DNA of 41,660 nt from Dicyema japonicum (lineage: Eukaryota > Animalia > Dicyemida): positions 106,670-148,329 of the forward strand of contig RDEW01000034.1 of assembly GCA_011109175.1 (NCBI GenBank), given 5' to 3'. The notes beneath the pieces are model-generated. The model was not told the DNA's origin. It did no database searches and was given only the letters and a program-made list of their open reading frames with translations. Shown here piece by piece: positions 23,440-35,849 of the stretch. The position numbers and the translations under genes were made by a program. Numbering within the stretch: position 1 is the stretch's first letter; the number at the start of each line of letters is the position of its first letter.

Positions 23440-24330
23440 GAGTAAACGGTTATATAGCGGCTGCTCTGACTGCGTGGCTATTCCTTCTCATTATACGAGC
23501 GAGATTCGCTCAAATAACCAGCAACGCTCACGAGGGGTTCTTATTCGTGTAGCGATCCGATTCCCGAGACGACTAAAGAATTCATTATTTAAGAAGGTAC
23601 CCAGAACTCCATTGGGAATGACCTTGAGCCAGGCACAGCTCTCGGAAGACGCCCCCTGAATACAAACAGGCACGGCGATGTTGGCTAGATGAGACTAGCA
23701 AATTTTTGAAAGAATTCCAGCATATAGCATCGTCCAAGCTTCGCTGAGAGAACGAAAAAAACAGGGAAAGTTGATAAGTGCGTCTCCAGACTTCACGAGC
23801 ATGGCCTGCGTCCTTGTCAATAGAGAATTCAGGTAGAGAGTGTAGAATCTTCTCGACATGTGAGTCACAGTTAACTAGTGATGATAGGTATGAAAGGAGA
23901 GAATGGTCTACAGGGTTCCGAATTCCAAATCCTCCGAGTCTCACTGGCTGCGTGGCTTGCTTCCATGAGTAATTGTCGAACCGGACTTTGCAGTTACGTT
24001 CCGCTGTCATACGGAATATCTTGTTAATCTGTACGAGTTGGTCACATTTAGTGTAATAGGGAGCAATCTCAGGACATATGCAAGCCTCTGTATGTTGAGA
24101 CTGTTTTTCAGGAGAAGTAATGCTGTATGTATGTCAAGTAGACAGAAGCGGTTCAGAGTGTCTCCGAGTAACAGTAGTTTTTCACGCATAGCACATCCTA
24201 TTGCTTTTATGGTATTGGGGATCGCCGCTATATTACCGTTTACTCTTTTTTCTTTTTCTTTGATGAAAAAATCTGTCATTTTCATGATGTTAATTAACAC
24301 TGACGGCTTGAATGGAGTATTATATTTATC
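23440..24330 (-). mobile_element. CRE-clade retrotransposon remnant with internal deletion and intact 3' end
   Basis: WKQATQPVRLGGFGIRNP, ESCAWLKVIPNG.LGTFL, PRERCWLFERISL. Confidence 0.85.
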
Positions 24331-24949
24331 AAATTGAATAATTTTTCGTTTTTAAGAATTTTGAATTTTATATCAATCTTAAATCTTTGTAACAACCCAT
24401 TTGATGCACAGAGTATTTATTTAAAATTGTATAAGCCCATTCTCGAAGAAATAGTTATTGAAACTTTTTTTGGAGTTCCAGAAACTGGAAAAACGCATTA
24501 AAATTTACAAAAAATTGAAATTAAACGTTACTTTTAAAATATTTATTTTATAAAATCGGCTAGTAAAATTATATAATTAATTTTTTTTTCATAATAAAAA
24601 ATTATTGCCCAAATAGAGGTGCTAAATTTTATAGATTTGAATACTTTTGGTAGAAAATTTAGATAACCCCCAAGAGTTTTTACAATAACCTAGAAATTAA
24701 AGTATTTATATCTCCTTAATCACGATTTTAATAAAATTATGAAAATTTTATCTTATAATTTGTATGTTAAGCTGAATAATGTCAAATTATTCCATTTACC
24801 TCCGGAAGATTGACTGTTTTACCAAATTATTTCATTACCACATTCTAAATATACGACGAGGTAGTTTTATTATAGAATTTGTAAAAATCGACATTCGTGT
24901 AAATTTCTGATTTGAATGTGGCGATACTTAACGAAGTTTATCTTAATTT

Positions 24950-25560
24950 TACTTAAATGAGTTGTTTTTATAATTTTGACAGAATTTCTAATTTTCGATT
25001 TTATTGAGCAACAGTTTTCCCCTCAAGCGACTTTGAAGTTTTATTCCAGAGCCCTGCAAAATAGGTAGTTCCCACAGCTCTGCACTTATTCCATTAGCCA
25101 TAAAAGAATCAGGTCATTTGGATTTGTTCTGTAAACGATCTTTAAATAAAAATTCCATGTTTTCTAAATTTTTTACGAATTGAACCTTTTATGAAACATT
25201 GGAGAAATCAGGTTCTAGAGTTTCTGTTAGATAAATCCAAGTCATTATCTGAGGCTCAGGAAGAACTTCCATTTATAACAACAGTGACGAATGTAGGATG
25301 AACATAAAGAATGTGACCATCAATACTGAAGTCAGCAACGCAATCGTCCGTGTCCTTTTTTGAGACAAATTCGATACGCCTGAATTCCGCAGTGTACTTC
25401 GTGCCTTACTTGCTGTCGCAGATTAACTACGACTGAACGAAGTATCAAGTGAAATAAAGAAACTTGCTCATTGTCTTTTGTCAGCAGATCCAGCATCTTT
25501 ATATAATTCAGTAAAAAGAATTTCAAGCTCTTTTTGGATTTTGACATTTTGTGGGCTCCA
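24950..25560 (-). mobile_element. Possible hAT transposase remnant
   Basis: Weak: ELEILFTELY...ASFFISLDTS resembles the FSLALDES first-Asp region; many stops. Confidence 0.3.
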
Positions 25561-25634
25561 GCACATATCTTTTTTAGTGAAAGACGAATGAATATAATGT
25601 TTTATTAATTTTTATGATAATAAGTTGTAAGATT

Positions 25635-25716
25635 GCGAACATGGTCGAGCGGTCTAAGACGGCAGCTTTAGGTGCTGTTATCTTCGGATGCGTGGGTTCC
25701 AATCCCACTGTTGGTA
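25635..25716 (+). tRNA. tRNA-Leu (TAG) variant copy, possibly a pseudogene
   Basis: Differs from 28911-28992 at 4 positions: an acceptor-stem mismatch (C3>G), T-loop TTCCAAT instead of TTCGAAT, and a compensatory D-stem pair (GTC/GAC). Confidence 0.75.
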
Positions 25717-25899
25717 TTTTTCTAATTCTTATTATATATTTTTTTAAAATTGTAATTTTATAGTAGATTTTTTTATACAGTTATTTTTTAAAACACCCTC
25801 AGTTTTTGGGTGTTATGATAAGAATAATGTAGCAAACTCAAAAGAAAATTTTATGACATAAAATAAGCGCAGTTTCTTCTTTGATACAAGCAATTCACT

Positions 25900-26520
25900 C
25901 TTCCAGTGTATTTTGAACTCATTACCAACGTTAAAATTGCCATTAACCAATGCGACCAAACATCATTACTTGTCGCTTTAGTGTTTCGAAATACATTTCC
26001 CAGAAATGAGAATTTTCTGTATATCTATTCTCGTGAGATTGAATCAGTTGCTGATTTAAAAAGTTTCTTCGACTCCTACAGAATCTGCAGAAATCAGAAA
26101 TATAAATCATTTGATAGTCAGACCGACAGATAGACCTTTACTAGTTCTTTAGCTAAATTAATAAGAGAGGCTTCTAATTCAAACCAACACCGACGTGCCT
26201 GTATGAACACTGAAAGATCTTCGTAATCAGTGTTTGTATTAATGACCTCGCTATTGTTGGCACACATTTTGACGATACTCTCTGCATCAGACAAAGACTT
26301 TAGCCTGATATGACATGTGACGTCGATTGATATGGATATATCTAAGAACCTCAGAAAGATTCCCATGACAAAGCAATAAACGGAACCTAGAAACGTGCTC
26401 TGTAGTCTGCTAGATTCCCCTCTAAACTGAACCGCTCGGCCTAGACAGATAAGGAGAAGCCATTGGTTAGTTTTGTTCTTCCACATCGTCCCAGTAGTCA
26501 CGTTGTATGCCACCGCTAAA
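25900..26520 (-). mobile_element. Possible hAT (Tip100/ZMYM1-like) remnant inside the duplicated unit (also ~29180-29800)
   Basis: CLGRAVQFRGE resembles LA.QGL.FRG, and ISISIDVTCHI resembles FSI.ADETTDI. Confidence 0.35.
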
Positions 26521-26929
26521 GCCGAAGAGGCTTAGGGAGAAATACGATGGACATCTTGACCTGACTGGTACACGTTCTGTGATCCACTTTACCTAGGTGA
26601 CGACAATGTCTTGATGGTATTCATAAGAATCCATAGAATCCAGTACGAGGGAGGAACACCGGGAAAGAATGAAAATTTTAGCGGAGCTCATCGGGATCAC
26701 GGGATAGTTAGTTTTGGTTTTACCGTGGTCTTGGGTGTTAAATAAATAAATAAATATCTTCATTCTACCGAGAGACTATTCCGCTCCGTGGCGACGAGTT
26801 TTAGCTTAGACCTTACTTCCAGGAGAAATTGCTCTTAATCACTTCGCTGGATGAGGGTTCTACTGGAACGTATTGGTATCACGGGTCTAGTTAGTTTGTG
26901 TTTACCCTTGGTCTTCGGAATAATTCCAT

Positions 26930-28852
26930 GTTGAGACGTTCCGTGGATCGCACCTTTTTGAGGCGAGTTTGCTTCCAATGCTGTGGATAAAAGCTACCGT
27001 CTTCGCGCCTACAGCTCCAGTTGTTTCCATAGAAATGAGAGCGAAATGGTAATGGTCTTACTTATGGATCTTCTTAACTTCCGCCTAGTCGGCTGCGTCT
27101 CCAGGAGAATGCGTCGCTGTCAGCAATCTGGCTCCTGAGAAGTGTCCACACACGTTGCGTCCCAGACGAGTGATTTCCGTGGGAGAATGGGAATAACGTC
27201 ATTCCATCCGGCCTCTTTTCGTCGCCTCTGTCTAAGCCCAATGATTCCAATTGGGCAGGAAATTCCGCAGCCTTGAAGGCTCGAAAAATGATGTCATTGA
27301 GGGCTGTATGGCGTGGGGCTCGACCAGCACTCCCTCGGCAAGAAAGTAAAAGTAATCTTTCGTATCAACATCTCCGCCTCAATGGCATTTGTGTCTCTGG
27401 CATATGTCCAGTCCTAGGCGCAGTGCCACCCCGATCCTCAAGCTGTTTTCGTCAAAGAGGGTCCCCATATGTGGACAAAGTTGGGCCTCGAGCCAGACAC
27501 CATTTCCTCGATGTGCGGCCGACTTAATGCTTTTTAGTCGGTGTTGTTGGCGCTTTTCTTCGCGGCCTCCAGAGTGCTCATACATGTGATCGAGTCCTAA
27601 TTCTTCTGGCAAGCGAAGTTCGACGGGAATTCCAAGTCCAACTAACCACACAACTTGCAAACTCTGTCAAGCTCTGAGTCCAAGGTATGTCCGGTTGCGT
27701 TACGTAGGACTGCTTGGGCCAAGCGACTGCAGCTCGCAAGGGATGAAAAGTAGGCAGGCAGGGCGGCTTCAAGAAGGGATCTCAACCCAATGCCCCCATT
27801 TCTCGCAGGTTGTTTGCACATAGTCCATCCCAGATCATCGAATTTGACATTCAGTATTGACTCCGCCGATCGTCTCAGAGTTCCATCAGCAGACAATAGT
27901 GCATTCCTGTCGTTGTTTCCGAAAGGGCAGCCAAGGAAGTGTACCTTGTCCAAGGAGGATATGCTGAAACCTGGAAGTAGGAATCTGAATTCTTGGCAGG
28001 CATTAGAAAAGTTTGGAGATGAGCAGGAAATATTGATCAGTTCCGATTTTATAACGTTGACACTTAAACCCAATTAGTTTAGAGCTGGAATGGTTGTAGA
28101 AATATCCTGTTGTACGTTCTCCCATGGGCCAGCTATTGTGGCGTCGTCCAAGTCCCACAGGTTGAGTTCACATTTTATGCTTCGTGCCACTGTGTCAATT
28201 GTCATTGCAAAAAGCAAAGGCCCTAGATAGTCTTCCTGCTGAACGCCTGTGCGTGAATAAACGATATCGTTTCCGTAAACAAAGGCTGAGTCCGTCCCAT
28301 ACGATAAGTGTACAAGTCGCCCAATCTCTGGAGCTCTTTTCCAACAGGTTTCCAAAATACAGTCTCTCCTCAGCGTGTTGAAGGCATTTGATATATCAAG
28401 CTTCAGGCCTAGCCTTTGGGTCTGGGAATTATCGTTGTTGAAGTAACTCCTCGCGGCTTGGACTGCTGCCTCGCAACCGCCGCTCACTCCCACCCCAAGT
28501 TGAGTCGGAAACAGCTCTTCAGCAACATTGTGGGAGACTCTCCGGGCAGCGATTTTACCAGCAAACCTTCGAAAGTATGTACCGATTGCAATTGAGCGAA
28601 CACCATCTCCTTTTTGGAATGCCAATAGATGTCGACAAAAAAGATCTCTAGCAAATTTTGGAATATCACCATTAACTATTCGAGTGAGCAGCAAAATGAT
28701 AGACGTTAACAAGGCACGGCCGGCTTAAGCAGTAGCTTCAGAGGTTAAGTCCTTTATATGTCTTGGGCGCAGTCCGTTTAGGCCTCCGCAGCTACTGGGT
28801 GCAAAAGACTACTTCAAATTCCGTGGCAGTAAATGCCGGGAGGTCTTCTGGC
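26930..28852 (-). mobile_element. CRE-clade retrotransposon, largest and least decayed copy (RT plus RLE; frameshifted)
   Basis: GLNGLRPRHIKDL, LLAFQKGDGVRSIAIG, QLGVGVSGGCEAAV, LKLDISNAFNTL, GVQQEDYLGPLLF, WDLDDATI, GGIGLRS, LRIGVALRLGL.ICQRHKC, RHTALNDII, GDEKRPDGMTLFP, WDATCVDT. The 5' end runs into the N gap and the extreme 3' end is missing. Confidence 0.93.
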
Positions 28853-28908
28853 NNNNNNNNNNNNNNNNNNNNNNNNNNNNNNNNNNNNNNNNNNNNNNNN
28901 NNNNNNNN
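28853..28908. other. Assembly gap (56 N)
   Basis: Run of n. Confidence 1.
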
Positions 28909-29975
28909 TTGCCAACATGGCCGAGCGGTCTAAGGCGGCAGCTTTAGGTGCTGTTATCTTCGGATGCGTGGGTTCGAATCCCACTGTTGGTATTTTTCTA
29001 ATTTTAATTAGATATATTTTTAAAAATGTAATTTTATAGTAGATTTTTTATACAGTTATTTTTTTAAAACCACCTCAGTTTTTGGGTGTTATGATAAGAT
29101 AATGTAGCAAACTCAAAATAAATTTTTTTTGAAATAAAATAAGCGCAGTTTTTTCTTTTTATACAAACAATTCACTCTTCCAGTGTATTTTGAACTCCTT
29201 ACCAACGTTAAAATTGCCGATTAAACAATGCGACCAAACAGCATTACTTGTCGCTTTAGTGTTTCGAAATCCATTTCCCAGCAATGGGTATTTTCTTTAT
29301 ATCTATTCTCGTAAGATTAAATCACTTGCTGATTTAAAAAGATTTTTCAGAATCTGCAGAAATCAGAAATATAAATCATTTGATAGTCAGACAGATAGAC
29401 CTTTACTAGTTCCTCAGCTAAATCAATAGGAGAGGCTTCTAATTCAAACCAACACCGACGTGCCTGTATGGTCACTGAAAGATCTTTTGATCAGTGGTTG
29501 TATTAATGACCTCGCTATTGTTGGTACCCATCTTGACGATACTCTCTGCATCAGACGAAGACTTTAGCTTGATATGACATGTGACGTCGATTGATATGGA
29601 TATCATGGCCTTATGTCTAAGAACCTCAGAAAGATTCCCACGACAAGGCAATAAACGGAACCTAGAAACGTGCTCTGTAGTCTGCTAGATTCCCCTCTAA
29701 ACTGAACCGCTCGGCCTAGACAGATAAGGAGAAGCCATTGGTTAGTTTTGTTCTTTCCAAGTCGTCCCAGTAGTCACGTTGTATGCCACCGCTAAAGCCG
29801 AGAAGGCTTAGGGGAGAAATACGATGGACATCTTGACCTGACTGGTACATGTTCTGTGATCCACTTTACCTAGGTGACGACAATGTCTTGATGGTATTCA
29901 TAAGAATCCATAGAATCCAGTACGAGGGAGGAGCACCGGGAAAGAATGAGGATTTTTGGCGGAGCGCATCGAGAT
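28909..29975. repeat. ~1.06-kb duplicated unit, copy 2
   Basis: Collinear with 25631-26695; its left boundary is hidden by the N gap. Confidence 0.92.
28911..28992 (+). tRNA. tRNA-Leu (anticodon TAG), apparently intact
   Basis: Full cloverleaf: acceptor GCCAACA/TGTTGGT, D-stem GCC/GGC, anticodon stem GCAGC/GCTGT with loop TT-TAG-GT, variable arm ATC-TTCG-GAT, T-arm GTGGG-TTCGAAT-CCCAC. A T5 Pol III terminator follows immediately. Confidence 0.93.
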
Positions 29976-30129
29976 TTTGGCGGAGCGCATCGAGAATTTT
30001 TTATTGGTTCCGTTGATATAATAATTAGAGACCACACTAATTAATCATGTGATCCCAGCAAGCTCCAGCAGAGACCTTTAACTTAGCCCGACCTTTTTTC
30101 CATATACCCCAAATAAGCACGTATACGTG

Positions 30130-30450
30130 AATCTTCATAGTCAACACGGGAAGTTCTATGGTTCATGCGTATCATAGATTCTAGAGTCATTGAGGCTGGG
30201 ACTCTCCAAAAGTCATTCCTTCCGTAATTTTAGAGGCGTTCTTTCGGTTATCCTTGATCTCCAAAACATTTTTCCCAAGAAATGAATGGACCCCAGATTA
30301 AACATGCATAAGAAATGTGTGGCACTGAATTAGTTTTACAATGTTGTTGAAGATTTAGCATCAACATGAGGGTTATATGTTGCCTTGAAGAAGATTGAGT
30401 TAAGGGCTCTTAAGCTGATATTTGTAATCAAGGATTTGTTCTGTTGCTTG
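30130..30450 (-). mobile_element. CR1/L2-like LINE RT C-terminal remnant
   Basis: VPHISYACLIWGP...ASKITEG resembles RPHLEY...W.P...ATK.I.G. Confidence 0.5.
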
Positions 30451-30479
30451 ATCAACGCATTCACAATTCAACCCTTGAC

Positions 30480-31000
30480 ACTGTATTCGCAGACAAATAA
30501 GCACGTAAAGTACATATGTGAATGCTCTAGGCTTTTTCTAATTTAATTATCCCACATTTCCTGTCAAACACACAAGATTCAACCGCCAGGATCTTAAAGG
30601 AGATTTTATCATTCAAGTGAGTTACTGCAGACAACTTGCACCGAATTCAACACGTGTAAATATAGCTTTTCCTTATTTGCGAATCGGACAAGGACGCGGT
30701 TACCTTAATGCAGTCAATGTCATCGACTCACGTGACTCGACGTCTAGCTAAACAAAATCCCCTTAAGGTGATTCATATTAAAACAAACCTTCTCATAAAT
30801 GATAGGCATCTGTTAGAACTGAAAATTGATGAGTCTGTTCAACGGTGCGAGGCAGAACACAAAGACAAGCTTCGACATACTATCTTCTTGCAAAATCCCC
30901 TTGTAATTGAATTTATTTGTTTTATAAATTATTTTACAATATGGCAAATTTAATACAATTGTACATAATTCGTCGTGTGACGCCACGTGTGTTGTTTTCA
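30480..31000 (-). mobile_element. Penelope-like GIY-YIG remnant
   Basis: IVLNLPY...KLVFVF, then SFKILAVES...RK..IK. Confidence 0.45.
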
Positions 31001-32189
31001 TCGTCTTTTTCTGTTCTACGTTAATATATTTTCTGTTATATATAATATGTCACATGGGCAACATGAAGCCTATGAACAACCTGTTTTTTTTACATTCCAT
31101 GGTAACCAGAATATACATAATATGACTTTCTTGTAATTTACAAGAACAACATTTAACTAATTCATTAATTCTAAATAAAAAATTAATTTAAATTGTATTT
31201 ATTAAATGGCTAACCTGATTTCTTTTAATTTTAATAGCATGGCTTTAGTGATTTTGTATGTCTCAATTTAGCGGGTATATCAGAGATCTTATCGAATATG
31301 ACAAAATTAAAAAGATATTATGTGGAATCAATTTTTGGTGTATTTAATTAAGGTACGAATCGCGAAAGATCATGGAACTAACCCAGCATTGATGCTTGAA
31401 AAGTTTAATCCAACTATTCTGATACTTGCGAAATAGTCTTATCTAATTCACGTGTAGAGGTATTTTTCGAATGTATTTATAGGTTGAATTTTCTGATGGA
31501 TGAAGAAGACCGGTCTTAATGTCAAGACTTAAAAAATAATTGTTTTTTATTATATTAAATAAATTCTTTGCTAAATCTAGCAATTGATATCTTATTACCA
31601 TGGAAACACATGAAAAAACAGGTTGCCCATAGGCATCAAGCCATTCATGTGACATATTTTTTATTTTTTGTATCAATATTTTGAAATTTTATTGGTTTTT
31701 TCTGAAAAATTATCATTATTGCGAAAAGAATGCTGCGATTTTTTATTGTCGGTGTTCTGTTTCACAGACAGTGATATAGCCTTTACTTCCTGCAATTGAG
31801 CCTTTTTGAAATATGGTTAAATTCTAAACTGTCTTCAAATCTTATGTTGTTCTTTTCGTTCATTTTTTACTCAGATTAGCTTTCAATGTATAGACTTTTG
31901 AGACATCGTCCTCTTCTATTAAGCCAACTTCTTCGATTCGAGGGCTGTCTCCTTCTGCAATGTAACCACGTCATTGTACAGCCACGCCACATTTTCTCAC
32001 CGTGGATTGAATCTCCAACAATCAAAGATTTTTTCTTATTTTCGGCTGTGAATCTACAACAACCTAGTAACAAATAAGAAGGATCAATCATTATTGCATT
32101 ATTGGGCGTTTTTTGGACCCACTCTTGTCTTCCCCTTATTCACTTGAATCACCTATACTACATTTCTTTGTTTACACTATGATCGAACT

Positions 32190-32620
32190 AGAACTATGAC
32201 TGAGGACACTTGTCGCCTTTCCGAGTAATATAATTTCTAGTCCAACCTACAGTGCAGGTGAACAGTCTCGCGAAGCCAACACAACATCATCCGCATAGGA
32301 AAGTAGAACAGATTATCAGATGATATAAGTAAGACTAATTAATTTCTATTCTTTCCCACAGAATAAAGAATTGACTACAGAACATTGATTCTAAACTAAT
32401 CTAACCATGCAAGAACTAGTTGCTTGAGCTGGACTAACGATAAAGTCATCCTTGTGGCTCGCCGTTAGGAGGAATTTATAGCCGGACGATGTGAAGTCCC
32501 TAGTATACTTCCTCTCTGTCTGCTGAAATATAGTATGAATTCTAATGTCCCAATTCGCATAGTTATGATCTTTTTATAAAACCTTGTTTGATTTCTCATT
32601 TTGTCTCGGTTAGTTCTTTT
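32190..32620 (-). mobile_element. RTE-like LINE remnant, heavily deleted (APE start fused to RT YADD)
   Basis: MRIGTL at the APE start and LSYADDVVLASRD. Confidence 0.55.
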
Positions 32621-32894
32621 GACCACATTTTGTTCCCACTAAGAATGATCTCTAACTTAGGACAACCGACTGAATGTACGTTTTCATTGAGACACCAATC
32701 GATAAGAAGCATTGTTTAATTATGGTTAGAAATAATTGAGAATATATAACAGCGTCAAAGTTATCTTAAGTGGCATAAATGATACACAAATACTCTCACC
32801 AATAAAACACGATTTTGAAAAATATGTATTTTTATAATTTTAAAATTTTTTTTTCAAAAGAAACAATTTATTAAAATAAATTAAAATTGTTATG

Positions 32895-33560
32895 AAAGCT
32901 CTCCTTATGGGCTACAGGCATCGAGTACGCAATGAGAGTTACCTCTCATAATCGCGAGCCTAACTTTCACCCTTCAAGCCATCCAATTAACCTGATAAAA
33001 TCTGAAATGCTCGTGCCAATCACGGCAGACTTCTCAAAGGAGATCGGCTAGAAAACGAACCACTCCACGATGGTACTTCATCCTTTTCATATATTTGGCA
33101 GTCTCTCTGCAAAACCCACGTGCATCGAGGACTATATAGACCCATTAGATAAAGTTTCTATGTAAGTTGAATCCCAACCAATAAACCTCCCTCGGGTTTT
33201 TGTGTCATTTAGGTTCTTTCTATCATCTCTGTCAAGACCAACAGCTTCCAAGAGGAAGTGAGCCCTGCGCCTCTGACAACTCTCATGACAGTCGCGTTTA
33301 ATGTGGTGTACGAAGAAATCTTCCTGAGTTTACTCTGCATGAGTTCTCCAAGTAGAACCCACCACATCGGCGTCAGCTTTCAGGTAGACGCCAAGGTCTA
33401 GCCGAAGAGCAACTCCAACGGGGATTATATTCTTGTCAAGCTAAGTACCGACTGCCCGTATCGGGAAGCATTGAGCCAGGATCCAGAATTCTCAGCAACG
33501 CTGCATTCAGAACTCTGCAACGATGGGTATTTGCGGATTGTTTAAGTCCATTAAGCTTTT
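32895..33560 (-). mobile_element. CRE-clade 3' remnant (RLE to C-terminus)
   Basis: ENSGSWLNA, VGVALRLDLG, RHTTLNA, LEAVGLDRDDRK, GWDSTY, RLAIMRGNSHCVL. Confidence 0.8.
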
Positions 33561-33607
33561 TTCACAAAGGATTTCATCCCAGAGGTGATTCTATCGAATT
33601 AAAAAAT

Positions 33608-33700
33608 TAAAACTTTATAGTTATTTGAGCGAATATCTTCACAATTTTGAAAAGAAATACCCGCGCAGCCAGTGTGGCCACTGTATGGACCTCTGATTGA
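33608..33700 (+). mobile_element. CRE-clade extreme 3' end fragment
   Basis: GTTATTTGAGCGAAT (LFERIS) matches the 3' end of the 23440-24330 element. Confidence 0.55.
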
Positions 33701-33754
33701 TTGCTTTTTAGGGTAATAAATTGCTTTTTTGTGGGCATACACGAAAATCTGGAG

Positions 33755-33825
33755 CAGACATCCTAGTGGTTAGTGCTGTCCCTTGCGTATCACATAGCCG
33801 TGAGTTCGTTCCTCTCACAGGTAAG
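33755..33825 (+). repeat. tRNA-like SINE head, family C (related segment at ~3575-3610)
   Basis: A-box-like TCCTAGTGGTTAG and B-box-like GAGTTCGTTCC; shares TGGTTAGTGCTGTC(C/G)CTTG with ~3581-3600. Confidence 0.45.
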
Positions 33826-34829
33826 GAGTGATTTTCAGCCTCTTGATAGATATCTCTTTAATATTAAATTATGGATAACCATTTGTTTTATTGGTCAGAA
33901 GATTAAGATGGTCTCTTCTAGATAGTACATCAACTCGGACCCCTATTTATTGTGTGGCTTGTAGAAATGATGGAATGTATGTGCAGATTGGAGGAACTTT
34001 GAAGAATCTACTATACGAGAGAACAAGAGCTTGCGAGTATGTTATCAATATGACAATGGTATGTGAGTTGAATTCCCCTTTTTGATCATAAACTTCTTGT
34101 TCTATTTTCAATTCCTTCTTTTCATTAGCCTTGCGTCATGAATCCGCTTGCTTCAACAAGCACACAATACTATGACATCATGCACCTAAGAAAATCATTT
34201 ATTATTTAATTTTAAATAAATAAATAAATAAGTATAATAAATAAATAATTTACTATTTGATGACTTTGGTAATTTTCGTTACTTTTTCATTCTCCTTAAA
34301 GCGGTTTTTAAAAAATTGACAACTTTTTAGTGGAGAGTGTTATATCCCCCTCTGTAGAAATGTCTATAAGACAAATTCACTAGAGGAAATCTTCCGAATT
34401 AGTAAAACTAGTGTACTTAATGAAACTTTAAATATTGTCATAAAAATTATAAATAAAATCCAACAGAAAATATGCCCGCTTATTCAATATTTTTTGAATT
34501 GACGCGGAAAAAACGTGCATACGTATTATTCCCTTAAAAATGAAATTGACTTAGGTTCGCCGTTATCAAATGGAATTGCATTGAACAGATTTGTCACTTT
34601 TTATGTACATTTGTTGAATTTTAGAAATTAGGAGATGATAGCAACGATTTTAATGCATCGCAAAATTTTTTTTTTGATTTGTCTTTTTTCGAAACTTAAT
34701 GAGGTTAGTAGAAATAATACTACATTTAGGTATCTTTGATGTCACAAATTAATTATGTAACAATAATAAAAAATGTTGAAAGAATAATAAAATCTTTTTT
34801 GATAAAATCTAAATTTTTAATATTTTTAA

Positions 34830-35150
34830 TGGAAGATTGATCATTCAAATCCATAGTTTTAAACTCTGATGCCGAATTAGAGAGATCTCAAAAAATAACA
34901 CATTTTATGAAATTAATTTTCAGAAAATCTCAATTTCTCAGTTTTGGCAGAATTTGAAGATTAAAATTTGGAATTCGATCTCTCAGATAATCTTGTACTT
35001 TCAGACTTCATATCTTCTTGAAAGTGGATTCAGCTCACTTAATTATTTATTAAAAAGTGAGCGAAATAAATTGAAAGTTTGTGATGTTCGACTTCATTTA
35101 AGTCAAATCAAGCCTGATATCGAATTGTTGGCTTAAAGTCATCACTAATG
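34830..35150 (+). mobile_element. hAT (Buster-like) C-terminal dimerisation-domain remnant
   Basis: ILYFQTSYLLESGFSSLNYLLKSERNKLKVCDVRLHLSQIKPDIELL matches the FPTSYL.E.GFS...RNRL...DLRL.L..I.P pattern. Confidence 0.8.
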
Positions 35151-35849
35151 GCTCATTAAGAACATTGGCTATGAACTATTCTGGACTAGATCAGTTGCTC
35201 AGAGTCGCTGTAGACAGAAAAAATGTACATAAAGCAGATAAAGGATGAAATATTTGGATTTTGTGGAGGATCCAGTATCGACGAAGGCTTGCTTCGACGA
35301 GATGCGAACGTTGTCGAGAAAATTAAATTAAAAATATGAAATTTAAAAAATTTTCACTTGATGTTAAAATATGTCACAGTTCAGAGCTACCAGAACTGCG
35401 AGGTTTTAAAAATATTAATATTTGTTAATAAAAAAATACATTTCTGAAGTTTTATTCATTAAATATCTGAAATTATTAATTTTTTCCATATTATTTTGGA
35501 GATCGTGATCTTCTGCAAACCAACATCCCATCAAAATTATTGATTGAATGTAGCATGTTTTCATTTTATTTGGAAAATGGTTGACCAAACTATTTTTTAC
35601 AATAAAATTTATAAAACATTTTTTTTAATTTTTATATTCATTATTCGTATTATTTAAACAAGAATCACCTGCAATTCTATTCATCCTATCATTTCTCTCT
35701 TTGAGATGAGCCGATTCTGTTAAGCAGGGTCAGTGACCTGCTTCTTTAATTCCTGACGTTTCCACGGCGACTGGTTCAAAATGAACTGTCCATCAAAAAT
35801 TTTGTACTTTTTTCATCTTTAAGGTCTCAACTTTTTCTGAAGCAGAGCC

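Larger units (their letters stand above)
25631..26695. repeat. ~1.06-kb duplicated unit, copy 1 (tRNA-Leu plus downstream DNA)
   Basis: Collinear with 28909-29975, ending at GCGGAGC(T/G)CATCG. Confidence 0.92.
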
